This document shows, piece after piece, positions 13,786-23,606 of a stretch of DNA of 64,000 nucleotides. Origin of the DNA: a virus; IMG/VR virus record IMGVR_UViG_3300021962_000023, positions 1-64,000 of that record; one strand, given 5' to 3'. The notes under the pieces were generated by a model, which was not told the origin of the DNA, searched no databases, and was given only the letters and a program-made list of their open reading frames with translations. Position 1 is the first letter of the stretch; every line of letters starts with the position of its first letter. The position numbers and the translations under genes were made by a program.

Positions 13786-15248
13786 AGCATCATTCTCGTT
13801 CCAATCAAAAAGTTACTTGTGAATCGTTGTGTAGGGTCTGTATTAACATTCAGTTTGTAATTGAATGAGAACCCAAATCTTCTACTGATTTTATAATCAA
13901 CAGACGAACCTACCAAAAATCCAAAGTGTCTACCTACTAATGTATTTCCGGTGAATGTATTATATCCTATTGGAGAATACATAGCAAATACTTGCGGTGA
14001 AAGAGTCAGTTTCTTACTATACTGAAATGGTCTAGTCCAAAATGCTACTGCTGATGTAGAAAGGGATACATCCCAATCTTGTTCAGTGCCTTTAGTCATT
14101 AAATTCACTACACCAATATTGTATCCATACACACCAAATTTAGGATGTGGTTTAATCCAAGTGTATCCAACTAATGCCATATAGTTTCCTTTCAAATATG
14201 CGGTTGTTAGAGAATAAGAATTGATTGCTTTTAATGTACCACCTTCAAAGTCCATTTTGGTTATACCACCACTTAATGCGAATTGGTCTAATGTACTCCA
14301 TGTCATTGATGTTAGGGAGTATGTTACATCTCCTGCCATAGAACTTCTACTAATACCCACATTGGCTATTGCACTAAATGTACCATCTTGATTTTCAGCA
14401 GTTGTTAAATCCGATGAAATCAATAATGGATTAAGGTTTTGAGATTTCTTTTGCTCTTTTTTCTCTTCTTTCTTTTCTTCCTTTTTTTCTTCTTTAGACT
14501 CTTCCTTCTTCTCTTCTTTCTTTGATTCTGATTTAGATTCTTCTTTCTTTTCCTCACTCTTACTTTCAGATTTTGATTCTGATTTAGATTCACTCTTTGT
14601 TTCCGATTTAGTTTCAGTCTTTGTTTCGGTTTTACTTTCAGATGAACTACCCGAACTTTGTGAAGAAGATGATGAAGAACTACCCGAACTTTGTGATGAA
14701 CCACCACTTGCTGGCGATGGGGTACTACTTCCGCTTGATGGTGGAGGTGGAGTTGATGTAGTTGGTGGCGGTGTAGTTGGTGGCGGTGCTACCGGTGGTG
14801 GAGGAATTGCCGCAGATGCCGCTGAACTTGCAGCTGATGATGCCGCTGAACTTGCTGCTCCACTTGCAGCTGTTGATGCCGCTGAACTTGCTGCTTGTGA
14901 GGCGGCTTGCGATGCCGCCTGATTTGCTGCTTGTGAGGCGGCTTGTTGTACTGCGGCCTGTACTGTTTGCTGTACTACTACATTAGTAGGACACCCCATA
15001 GCGTTATATGTAGTGTATGTTGCAGTTATCCACATTTGTACTGCCCCACTTTGCACTTCCAATGGAGTGAATACTCTGACCTGATTATAAAATGAAACAG
15101 TTGCGTATCCGTTTACCATTGTGGTAGTAGCTACTTTAATTTCACCACTACACTTATCTTTATATGTTTGGGTATAGGTTTGTCCGTTCGCTTGTGGAGC
15201 AAATAATGAAATAACAATTATCGTTAAAATTAATAGACATTTTTTCAT
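13782..15248 (-). CDS. Secreted protein with low-complexity stalk and C-terminal beta-barrel-like domain
   Basis: Signal peptide; AASQ/AASS repeats, Pro-, Ser- and KE-rich tracts; alternating beta-strands ending FGFSFNYK..NFLIGTRMML. Confidence 0.75.
   Translation of the reverse strand: MKKCLLILTIIVISLFAPQANGQTYTQTYKDKCSGEIKVATTTMVNGYATVSFYNQVRVFTPLEVQSGAVQMWITATYTTYNAMGCPTNVVVQQTVQAAVQQAASQAANQAASQAASQAASSAASTAASGAASSAASSAASSAASAAIPPPPVAPPPTTPPPTTSTPPPPSSGSSTPSPASGGSSQSSGSSSSSSSQSSGSSSESKTETKTETKSETKSESKSESKSESKSEEKKEESKSESKKEEKKEESKEEKKEEKKEEKKEQKKSQNLNPLLISSDLTTAENQDGTFSAIANVGISRSSMAGDVTYSLTSMTWSTLDQFALSGGITKMDFEGGTLKAINSYSLTTAYLKGNYMALVGYTWIKPHPKFGVYGYNIGVVNLMTKGTEQDWDVSLSTSAVAFWTRPFQYSKKLTLSPQVFAMYSPIGYNTFTGNTLVGRHFGFLVGSSVDYKISRRFGFSFNYKLNVNTDPTQRFTSNFLIGTRMML
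14440..14945 (-). repeat. Coding low-complexity tandem repeats (AAS[Q/S], PPTT, SESK, KEEK)
   Basis: 12-nt period GCCGCTGAACTT-type repeats at ~14815-14945 and degenerate SESK/KEEK repeats. Confidence 0.85.
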
Positions 15249-15251
15249 TTA

Positions 15252-15974
15252 TTACTTTTCAAATACACCCTTCTTAACCATCTTACCCAATATGTTTGCA
15301 CAAGCTATATCCAATGCTTTCTTTGTTGCAATACTAATAGTTGATTGGTTGAATTTGATTGGGTCTATCGTTGCATCCGATAATAGAGTTAATTCTCTTT
15401 TAGTAGTTGCTTCACCTAAACCAGATGCCGCTATAATTGTACCATTCTCTGCATTTGTGAATCTAACCTGTAAACCTAAACGAGTTACCATATTATCTTT
15501 GATACCATCTTTTAAATTAATGGTTTCATCTTCTGATACTGAATAATCATATACTTCGATTTCAACAAAATAATGGGCTAAACGAATTTTACCCATGCCA
15601 TCTAACTTATCCTCCGAAATACCTTTTGCAGATGCCTGAAATTGTTTAACCATTCGGTTTTTAATTTCTGTCTTATCTTCCGTAAATGTAAATCTGTTAA
15701 GATTATCCAAATATTCAAGCGTGATATTAGCCACACCCAAACCAACTCTCTTTTCCTTGAGTTCCGGATATTGGTCATAAACTTCATCACCAATACCACA
15801 TTTAAGGATTTGAATCGGAATTTGTTTTCCCTCATAATTTAAAAATTGGCTAATGTCCGATTTTGTTTCGAAGGATGCTTTGTATTGCTCTGTTTTAGTG
15901 CTTCCTATTGTTTGAGCAACAACCGCAACACTGCTTAACAAAAAGAAACTTAATAATACTAATAAATTTTTCAT
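15252..15974 (-). CDS. CsgG/HfaB-like protein
   Basis: Signal peptide; RVGLGVANITLEYL..RF.F.E...., AHYFVEIEVYDYS, LGLQVRFTNAENGTIIAASGLG match the CsgG fold pattern. Confidence 0.7.
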   Translation of the reverse strand: MKNLLVLLSFFLLSSVAVVAQTIGSTKTEQYKASFETKSDISQFLNYEGKQIPIQILKCGIGDEVYDQYPELKEKRVGLGVANITLEYLDNLNRFTFTEDKTEIKNRMVKQFQASAKGISEDKLDGMGKIRLAHYFVEIEVYDYSVSEDETINLKDGIKDNMVTRLGLQVRFTNAENGTIIAASGLGEATTKRELTLLSDATIDPIKFNQSTISIATKKALDIACANILGKMVKKGVFEK

Positions 15975-16006
15975 ACATAAATGGTTTTTCGTTTATGTAT
16001 AAGTAT

Positions 16007-16036
16007 AAAAAAAGGGAGAAACTATGTTCTCCCTTT
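16007..16036 (-). terminator. Intrinsic terminator
   Basis: AAAGGGAGAA/UUCUCCCUUU plus U-tract; overlaps the TATACTTAT motif at 15999-16007. Confidence 0.8.
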
Positions 16037-16042
16037 AATTAA

Positions 16043-16300
16043 TTATCCTAATTCTTCTTCTTTAGGTTCTCCCTTTTTATGAGTAAACTTATCTAATGTA
16101 TCAGCTCCCATTCCAATTGCTGTTATTACCATTACTGCGTTTACCAATTCTGCCGATGGTTTGATATCACCATGTGAGAAAGAGTTTACTAACATTGTTC
16201 CACATAGGAATAATGCTCCGAAGAATGCAATTACAGGTTTTACTGATATTGCTCCTCTTTCATCTTTGAATAAATCAATTACCCATTCTTTAAAAGTCAT
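16043..16300 (-). CDS. Small two-TM membrane protein (holin-like topology)
   Basis: Two hydrophobic segments and a charged C-tail. Confidence 0.65.
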   Translation of the reverse strand: MTFKEWVIDLFKDERGAISVKPVIAFFGALFLCGTMLVNSFSHGDIKPSAELVNAVMVITAIGMGADTLDKFTHKKGEPKEEELG

Positions 16301-16339
16301 AGTTTTACATTTAAATTGTTAATACTATGTAACCTATTA

Positions 16340-16949
16340 TTATCCTGCCATTTCGGCATCTTCATCTTTAATCTTTCCACACTTTAAACACTCTTCTTCA
16401 CCATCACCATCTAAATCACCCCAAACGTGTTCACATTGTCTATGTGCAAAGTATTCATCAATTTTACCATCACCATCGAAATCTAAACCATCCATTGTAC
16501 CATCTCCATCTTCATCGATTTCAACACCTTTCTTTTCGGTTTGTTTTTCTTCAGTTTTTGGTAGTGATACTACTGATTCTCCAGTTTTTGGTAACACTAA
16601 CGGTTCTATACTCATTGGTACTATTGGAGTATCAGTCATATCTGCTGTATTACTTAAAGATACACCATCTTCTTCATCCATCTTCTGAACTAACATCTTA
16701 TCCTTATCAGTATCACTAAACCAATAATCGATAATCTTACCATAAGAACCAATGAAAGCACCTAACATCAATAATAGAAGTTCTTTCCATTCTGCCGATG
16801 CCGATGTGTTCGATGTAATTGCACCAAAGATACCTCCGATGATTAATATAAATGAACCCAATACTAAAGCGGTGATATACCATCTACGCTTCATCATTGC
16901 GTTTAATAATTCTTTAAAACCGCTTGGCGGTTGGTTATTTTCTGCCATA
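16340..16949 (-). CDS. Two-TM membrane protein with DxDGDG Ca-binding-like repeats
   Basis: Two TMs; DEDGDG, DFDGDG and DLDGDG repeats; CxH...CxxC; start placed at MAENN. Confidence 0.7.
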
Positions 16950-17042
16950 TCTTTGTTTACTTTGTTGTGTTGCATGGTATATTGCCCATGCAAAAAATAT
17001 TATAAAAAATCCCGTAACTCCTATTTTATACCAATCCATTTA

Positions 17043-17369
17043 TTACCAAGCCGATTCTTTCTCTTTGAATTCATCACCATCCTTTTTAGGTTTTGGTTTT
17101 TCAGCCGGCGCAGGTTGTGCATTTCCACCACCAACTGCTTTCTCTTTGATGATTACCGTCTTACCACCACCCGCAGATTGTTGTTGAGTTTGGTTGTTTT
17201 GGATATTGATAACCGGAGCCGCTTGTTGTACTGGCGCTGCTGTTTCTTCTCCACCTGTTAATTTAGTTGTAAACCAACCACCCACACCTAATGTGATAGT
17301 TGATACAAGTCCTAATAGGATATTCTTCAATGAACTTCCTGTACTCTCTGATTTTTCTTCTTCTGCCAT
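17043..17369 (-). CDS. Single-TM protein with Gln/Pro/Lys-rich tail
   Basis: 108-aa ORF in the operon. Confidence 0.7.
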   Translation of the reverse strand: MAEEEKSESTGSSLKNILLGLVSTITLGVGGWFTTKLTGGEETAAPVQQAAPVINIQNNQTQQQSAGGGKTVIIKEKAVGGGNAQPAPAEKPKPKKDGDEFKEKESAW

Positions 17370-17382
17370 AATTGTTTAGTTG

Positions 17383-17754
17383 TTATAATTTATTAAAATC
17401 CGTTATTCCTAATTGTTTACCACTTGCATCGAATAATCCAATTCTATATCCAGATGATGGTAGTGCTGATGTATATACTTTCAATAAGTTATCACCTGCT
17501 TTTACATTCATAGTTTCTTTCGATACTACTTTATTTGCAATATCAAATATCTTAACAGTCACCGAACCTGCGGTTTCCATTTTTATATTCATAGAAACTT
17601 CTGATGTTACAAATGGAGTTTCTAATTTGATACCAACTGAATTTTGAATTTGTAATTCAGGTTTTACTTGTTGAGTTGGTTCAATAAATACCTCCTCTTT
17701 TGTACACCCCACAAATCCAATAGTTAATAATGCTACTATAAGTATTTTTTTCAT
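17383..17754 (-). CDS. Lipoprotein consisting of a T9SS type-A C-terminal-domain-like module
   Basis: Lipobox FVG-C; VTVKIFD..KVV....KAG.N.....SALPSSGYRIGL pattern. Confidence 0.65.
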   Translation of the reverse strand: MKKILIVALLTIGFVGCTKEEVFIEPTQQVKPELQIQNSVGIKLETPFVTSEVSMNIKMETAGSVTVKIFDIANKVVSKETMNVKAGDNLLKVYTSALPSSGYRIGLFDASGKQLGITDFNKL

Positions 17755-17755
17755 T

Positions 17756-18097
17756 TTATTTTATTATTATTGTTGTTTTTGCTATTTCTTTTTTAGTAAC
17801 ATCTTCTAATAACAAATATAAATATTGATATTGTATCGAATTCGTATAAATCTTTTTTACATTTTCACCATTTTGACCAATAAACCTCTCTCTACTAATT
17901 ACTTGCCCACTTTCTTTATCAATTAAAGTCAATGTATATGTTCCAGCCGATGGTAAATCAAAATGTATAGATTGCCCGTTTACCACTTTACTTTCACCTA
18001 CATTGAATATTTTTTCAACAGGCATAGTAGGTGTTGGTAAATCGGGTTTAGTACACCCTACTAACAAAATTAACGATATTAATATTATCTTCTTCAT
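17756..18097 (-). CDS. Second lipoprotein with T9SS CTD-like module
   Basis: Lipobox LVG-C; IHFDLPSAGTYTLTLID..SGQVI....G.N pattern. Confidence 0.6.
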   Translation of the reverse strand: MKKIILISLILLVGCTKPDLPTPTMPVEKIFNVGESKVVNGQSIHFDLPSAGTYTLTLIDKESGQVISRERFIGQNGENVKKIYTNSIQYQYLYLLLEDVTKKEIAKTTIIIK

Positions 18098-20400
18098 TAG
18101 TTTACCTTTACTTTTAATTGTGTTCCACTCTTACTAACCGCATCCGTATTTGAAATTGAAGTCAATCCCAATGTACTACTTAATCCTTGTAATGGTAAGA
18201 ATGTTATTTTATATTCAGTTGTCTTATCCAATGTAGTTGAACCATCCGTTATCAATGAACCCAATGTTACATATGTACCTCTATCAGTTCCAAAATTCGT
18301 AGGTGTTCCTTTTGTAGTGAATTCTACCTTTTCAAAACTTAATGCGGTATTATCATAGTTTAAATTGAATTGAGTACCTACTAACTCTTGTTGTAATGGG
18401 TCTATTGAAATTGTTACTATCAATTTACCACCAACATTTTCACCCATTAGATATGCATTGATTTGATTGGAAACTGATTGAGTTGATAAACTCATTGTTT
18501 TCATCGAATTACTTGCAACACTACTTGTGGTTTGTTTTGCAGAATGGGATAGGTTTACATCGCCCACCCATGTTACATTTAGATTGTAAGTATTGTTTAA
18601 GGTACCAGTATTTAAACTAAATGGATATAAACTTCTTGTTGAATTAAATTGTGTATTCCAATTAGATTTTGTTATAGCATCATATTCGGTTTTACTATAT
18701 AGTTTCATCAAATAAGTTAGTGCCGAATATTGTGTTAATGGTGCAACTCCTGTTAAATGTTGTAATAGTTTATAGGTATCCGCTTCATTGAATACACCAT
18801 TACCATCTACATCTGCGTTCATATATTGTAAACCTGATGTAAATTCCAATCCACTTTCATTTCCAAATATTCCACCATTTGATAATTCTTTAAACGCCAA
18901 ATAGACATCTGTTACACTCACAATACTATTGTATAATGTATTTAGTTCGGTTTGTGAATTTGCTACTATATTAATTCCATGTTGTTTATATATGGAATTT
19001 GGTGTAAACGAATATTCTGCTTTGAATGCATACCAACCATCTTGCAATCTTATATTACTCTGAAATGAACTTACTGCCACTTTACTAGCTAAATCTATAT
19101 TTCCAGGTACTACCCATTGTTTCCACCATCCGTTGAAATCCATTGGTACAATAGGTCCTTCGTATATATCAAATAACTTTACCGATTTTATATCATTCAA
19201 ATTTAAACCCAACCCATAAAATTCTCTCTCATCAATTTGTAATCTATGTCCATTTCTTGATGCTTCATATGGATTTATAAGTGACCATTCTACTTGTCCC
19301 GGTGTTATCGTTGCTTTATATCCATCGGTTAATTTGGTCGTATCTAAATCGTTTGTGATATCTACTTTACCCAATCCACTTAATGCTCTTGTAGTATTAT
19401 TAGTTACACCCCATACATTGTTTACATAAGTGTTTGCTTTTGCTGAAAATTTAGTTTCATCTACATTACCACCGAAATCAAAATTGAATCTTGCAGTTAA
19501 AACTTCCCCATTTGAGTGTGTTACTGAATTTGTATAAAACTCCGTAAATGTTGCATCATCCGGATTAGACCAAGTTCCATATTCAATTACATATGGACAA
19601 TTAAACTGATTCGGTAAATCGTTCCATTGAGAACCACCACCCCATTTAGTTACTGCATAATCTTCATTACCACTATTGTTTGGTTCACCACCTGCCCAGT
19701 TGTTATACTGACCAACTATGTTACCATTCAGTTGTCCATTTGATGTTTTGATTAAAGTTCCCTTTTCAGGTCCTGCATCAATTCTCCATTGCCCTTCAAC
19801 TACTTCATCGGTTAATGCAAACCAAATGCTAGTTTGAGGCACATTATTAAAAATAAATACATCTTCATCGGATGATGTAATTGTTACTAAATAACCTTTT
19901 TGTCCTTTAAATGTTGTTGCTTCCGATGCAGTTCTTGCACCTGTGTATGTATTTCCGTTTGCTATTGGTCTATAAAAGTGTCCGTTTACACCATTGTAGT
20001 AATATCCACTTGGATTGATTGTTGCTGCAACTGATAATTTCACATTACCTTTTGTTGCTCCGGTGTTTATTTTTAACGATGCTAATGCGGTATTGATATT
20101 TGCCATTGAACCCGTTACAACTAAACGAGTCTTATTTCCCGTTAATGTAAATCCACTTGCAGCAGTTAAACCTGTTGTTGTATTAAGATAAAATGTTGTA
20201 CCTGTTGGATATTCTACTAAACTGATTGATGCTAATACTACATCGGTTGTTGCGAATCCATTTAATACAAATCCACTTGCATCTTGCCCCGTTGTAGATG
20301 GTATAAATGATTTAGAGTCCGGAGCAGATACACTCTGTCCGAACCCTAAAAATGATATTAGTAAAAATAATGTAACTAATAGATGTTTCATATTATTCAA
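18097..20400 (-). CDS. Secreted adhesin-like protein: cadherin-like, C-type lectin, dockerin-like and cohesin-like domains
   Basis: Signal peptide; TGSMANINTALASL; YLVTITS..E, WFALTD..EG.W, NW..GEPN, WND; ADVDGNGVFNEAD; LVGTQFNLNYD. Confidence 0.8.
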   Translation of the reverse strand: MNNMKHLLVTLFLLISFLGFGQSVSAPDSKSFIPSTTGQDASGFVLNGFATTDVVLASISLVEYPTGTTFYLNTTTGLTAASGFTLTGNKTRLVVTGSMANINTALASLKINTGATKGNVKLSVAATINPSGYYYNGVNGHFYRPIANGNTYTGARTASEATTFKGQKGYLVTITSSDEDVFIFNNVPQTSIWFALTDEVVEGQWRIDAGPEKGTLIKTSNGQLNGNIVGQYNNWAGGEPNNSGNEDYAVTKWGGGSQWNDLPNQFNCPYVIEYGTWSNPDDATFTEFYTNSVTHSNGEVLTARFNFDFGGNVDETKFSAKANTYVNNVWGVTNNTTRALSGLGKVDITNDLDTTKLTDGYKATITPGQVEWSLINPYEASRNGHRLQIDEREFYGLGLNLNDIKSVKLFDIYEGPIVPMDFNGWWKQWVVPGNIDLASKVAVSSFQSNIRLQDGWYAFKAEYSFTPNSIYKQHGINIVANSQTELNTLYNSIVSVTDVYLAFKELSNGGIFGNESGLEFTSGLQYMNADVDGNGVFNEADTYKLLQHLTGVAPLTQYSALTYLMKLYSKTEYDAITKSNWNTQFNSTRSLYPFSLNTGTLNNTYNLNVTWVGDVNLSHSAKQTTSSVASNSMKTMSLSTQSVSNQINAYLMGENVGGKLIVTISIDPLQQELVGTQFNLNYDNTALSFEKVEFTTKGTPTNFGTDRGTYVTLGSLITDGSTTLDKTTEYKITFLPLQGLSSTLGLTSISNTDAVSKSGTQLKVKVN

Positions 20401-22045
20401 CTATTAAGTCAATTTTATTACCTTTTGCATCTACTGCATCTGAAAGAACAAAGTAGAATAAACCTGCTGTGTTTGTTAATTGAACTTTAGGAGTGAATAT
20501 TAATTTGTATGGAGTACCTGTTTTGATTCTTGCTATCTTTGTTTGGTCAATAGAACCAAATGTTAATCTACCATTATCATGTGTAGAAAAATTTGTAATT
20601 GTACTTCCTGCATCAAATATTACATTATCCAAAGTTAATTTAGATTCATCATAGTTCATTATTACTTGCAATCCAGCTAATTCAGCTCTTGTCAATGTAG
20701 TAGTTAATACAACCTTACCACCTTCCAATGTAGATGTAATACCCAATGTTGCTTTTTCAGCTGCCAATGTTTGGTATGCCATTGGAGCATTAGTCATACT
20801 CATAGATTTGATTGAATTTGTTTGAATATTAGCTACTGAATTTGTAAATTGACCTGCTACTATTTTAGTTGCTATTACCGCAGGGTCTGATGAATGTGAC
20901 CAGTTTAAATCTCCACCCCATGCAAATACTGCGTATACTTCTTTTATAGGAGTATCGATTAATACTTTACTTGTAGGTGTACCATCTAACCAACTTTGAT
21001 TCAACAAACCACTTTGCCATCTAATTGATGTTGATGTTGGAGTTGGAATCATTGATACAGATGTCATATCTTGTCCCATCACATGAGCGAATAATGCGTA
21101 TGAATCGGCTTCTCCAAATGGATTTGAATTATTAGTAACTTTACCAACTCTTTTTTCCAATGTAGGATATGTAAAGAAATTAGCAGTTCCACTAATATCT
21201 GTTTGTGAGTGTCCTAAAAATGCTTTATAAGCATCTGATACAGTTATGATGTTACTCATCCAACTTTTTTGAAATGCAGGTCCAACGAATACACCAACCG
21301 AATCACCAACTTTTACTTGTGTTGTGAAAAGTGCTTCACCACTAGCATCTAATGGTAATTGTGCAATAGGTTGTTGTGCCCAATCAATTGTACCATCTGT
21401 TTTTAATCTCATCAACTGAACACTATGGTCCGTAATTGTATATCCTTGTGGATAAAGAACTTTTACTTTAAATTGAGAAGTATTGCCTGTTACACCTGCA
21501 ATAGAAGTCCATCCTCCACCATAAATAGTTCCAACATTAGAACCATCAGTATCAGTACCAGTTGCCAAATCTATTTTGAAAATATTATTATAAGCGTTTT
21601 GGTCTTTTAGGATATACTTTTGAGTAGCAATTAAACCACTAATAGATGCATCGGCTCTTTGAACTGTCAATTGTCCAACATTCCAATCTGCATTTACTGC
21701 ATAATTCCACGGAGTTAATCCATACTGAACATCCAAATCATTATCACTTGCTCCACCATTGAAAGTAAACTTATAGTTACTCCAACCTGTATAGAATGTT
21801 TGTGCAGATGTCCCTTGATTAAATGTAGTAGATACATACGCCAATGCTTTGTTGTTGTATTGATATCTGAACCAAAGATAACGAGGGTTTTTGATTACCT
21901 GTCCCTTTGTTAGATTGTATTTTACAGTGATAGTATCACCTACCTTTAGTCCGGTTGTTGGTGATAGAGATTGACTGATTGTCAATTGTCCATAAGATGT
22001 TAAGGATACCAATAATATCCCTAAAAACATAATTAATTTTTTCAT
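20393..22045 (-). CDS. Secreted cohesin-like / degenerate dockerin / cohesin-like protein
   Basis: Signal peptide; VGDTITV..FRYQYNNKAL; ITVSDA, GDLNWSHS (cf. GDVNLSHS in the neighbour); LAGLQVIMNYD. Confidence 0.7.
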   Translation of the reverse strand: MKKLIMFLGILLVSLTSYGQLTISQSLSPTTGLKVGDTITVKYNLTKGQVIKNPRYLWFRYQYNNKALAYVSTTFNQGTSAQTFYTGWSNYKFTFNGGASDNDLDVQYGLTPWNYAVNADWNVGQLTVQRADASISGLIATQKYILKDQNAYNNIFKIDLATGTDTDGSNVGTIYGGGWTSIAGVTGNTSQFKVKVLYPQGYTITDHSVQLMRLKTDGTIDWAQQPIAQLPLDASGEALFTTQVKVGDSVGVFVGPAFQKSWMSNIITVSDAYKAFLGHSQTDISGTANFFTYPTLEKRVGKVTNNSNPFGEADSYALFAHVMGQDMTSVSMIPTPTSTSIRWQSGLLNQSWLDGTPTSKVLIDTPIKEVYAVFAWGGDLNWSHSSDPAVIATKIVAGQFTNSVANIQTNSIKSMSMTNAPMAYQTLAAEKATLGITSTLEGGKVVLTTTLTRAELAGLQVIMNYDESKLTLDNVIFDAGSTITNFSTHDNGRLTFGSIDQTKIARIKTGTPYKLIFTPKVQLTNTAGLFYFVLSDAVDAKGNKIDLIVE

Positions 22046-22046
22046 T

Positions 22047-22697
22047 TTACTTTCCTAGTAGTTTGGTGATAAGTTTATCGCAACCTTTTTTCAATGCATT
22101 TGACAATGATGTTTGGTTGAACTTACCACCTTCATCTACTATGAGAGTCGACATTGAGATTTCAGATGAACTTTCTTCAACCATAACCTCTTTGTCTTTT
22201 TTGCCATCCTTATATAAAGTTCCCTTTAAACGGATAACAACTTCCTCCTCATTAGAGTGGAATACTGATATATTCTTTTTTGTAGTCAGAACATCTAAAT
22301 AAATGATGTCCACTTTTAATCTTTGAGTTGCAGATGGAGCTAAATCCAATCCCTTCTCTTGTAAAAATTCTTCTAATATATTTTTTAAACCGAATTCTAA
22401 ATTTCTATTTCCGGCTAACTTACCAATTTTAACTTGATTAGTCACCGATTCAACCCATATATGGTCTTCGGCATTATACATAATGTTGTTAGGATTATTT
22501 TTGTATCTACCATCCAAATGCGTATCAAACCAATTTACAACGGCATTTGTCATTTCTTCCTTTCCAGCGAAATGAAAATAAACCATTGTTAATTGAAAGC
22601 ATAATGCGAATACTACCCATATGCATACAAAATAAACAAAACCTTGTAGAAGTAAATCTCCTATATACGAACTCAATTGAATAGCTCTATTTCTCAT
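22047..22697 (-). CDS. Membrane-anchored CsgG-like paralog
   Basis: N-terminal TM; GLKNILEEFL; C-terminal KFNQTSLSNALKK parallels KFNQSTISIATKK of 15252-15974. Confidence 0.55.
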   Translation of the reverse strand: MRNRAIQLSSYIGDLLLQGFVYFVCIWVVFALCFQLTMVYFHFAGKEEMTNAVVNWFDTHLDGRYKNNPNNIMYNAEDHIWVESVTNQVKIGKLAGNRNLEFGLKNILEEFLQEKGLDLAPSATQRLKVDIIYLDVLTTKKNISVFHSNEEEVVIRLKGTLYKDGKKDKEVMVEESSSEISMSTLIVDEGGKFNQTSLSNALKKGCDKLITKLLGK

Positions 22698-22754
22698 ACC
22701 TATAAATTATTACATTTATAAATATAGGAAATAATTCAAATCGAAATTAATTTT

Positions 22755-23375
22755 TTATAATTTAAATGCTTCGATTGTATGTTGGAACGGGTTACCCTCA
22801 ATTCCCTTCACTAAATCTAACATTTGCTGAGCTAATTCTCTTACTTCGACTTGTGCATGTTCACTATTTCTTAATCTTTGAAAATGTACAAATGACCTGA
22901 AATTAAACATCAAATCCATATCGATTTGCGAATTAAATGTTTTAAAAAATCTCGCACTTTCCTTAGCTCGTTTTCTACCTAACAATGGTGTCAGTTCTTC
23001 TAATGCTGCGTGATAAAATCCATTTGCCGCTCTTGTATACACATCCAATTTATCTTGCCAATCTTTAGGCCAATCAGTTGGAATAAATGTTTTATCCTCT
23101 TTTAATTCTTTGTATCTTGCACTTTCTCCATTGATACTAACACCAATACGATGTTTCAATAAATGAATGTGTGTGGCTTGGTCAACTGTTACTAAAAAGT
23201 GAAACGAACTCTTTTCAAAAGGAGTTTCATGTCCTTCGCTTGCTAACATTGTTAATAATTTTGGAATACGGGCTTTTTTTTCTTCCGTAATATCTCTACT
23301 TGTCGAAGTCCATGCCGATTGAGCATGTGTTAAATCACTTCCATAGTAACCTAGTAATTCTACTTTATTATTCAT
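22755..23375 (-). CDS. thyX: FAD-dependent thymidylate synthase
   Basis: GHETPFE, LLKHRIGVSINGESARY signature, FRSFVHFQRLR..HAQ.E.RE.A. Confidence 0.93.
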   Translation of the reverse strand: MNNKVELLGYYGSDLTHAQSAWTSTSRDITEEKKARIPKLLTMLASEGHETPFEKSSFHFLVTVDQATHIHLLKHRIGVSINGESARYKELKEDKTFIPTDWPKDWQDKLDVYTRAANGFYHAALEELTPLLGRKRAKESARFFKTFNSQIDMDLMFNFRSFVHFQRLRNSEHAQVEVRELAQQMLDLVKGIEGNPFQHTIEAFKL

Positions 23376-23562
23376 TTGGTGTTGATATTGATTTTAAAAA
23401 CTCATTAATTGGTATTAGCATACAGTATAATCCTACTGATTCTAAAAAGTTTAAATCTGGTAAATTTGGTAATAAAATTGTTACATAAGATATTGCTAAT
23501 CCTATAACGGATGTTACAACAAATACATTAAGAGCAATTTTAAATTTGTCTAAATTAGTCAT
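23368..23562 (-). CDS. Small two-TM membrane protein
   Basis: 64 aa, hydrophobic, coupled to thyX. Confidence 0.65.
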   Translation of the reverse strand: MTNLDKFKIALNVFVVTSVIGLAISYVTILLPNLPDLNFLESVGLYCMLIPINEFLKSISTPNE

Positions 23563-23606
23563 AATATTTTTATTTGAATATAAACAAAGATAATAAAAAT
23601 ATTTGA

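Noticed and set aside
14420-14986. Alternative-frame ORFs in the low-complexity region
   Set aside because: Products of repeat-derived stop-free frames within 13782-15248
16973-16996. TTGCATGG/CCATGCAA hairpin as a terminator
   Set aside because: The U-tract lies on the wrong side for the minus-strand operon; at most an RNA stability or processing hairpin
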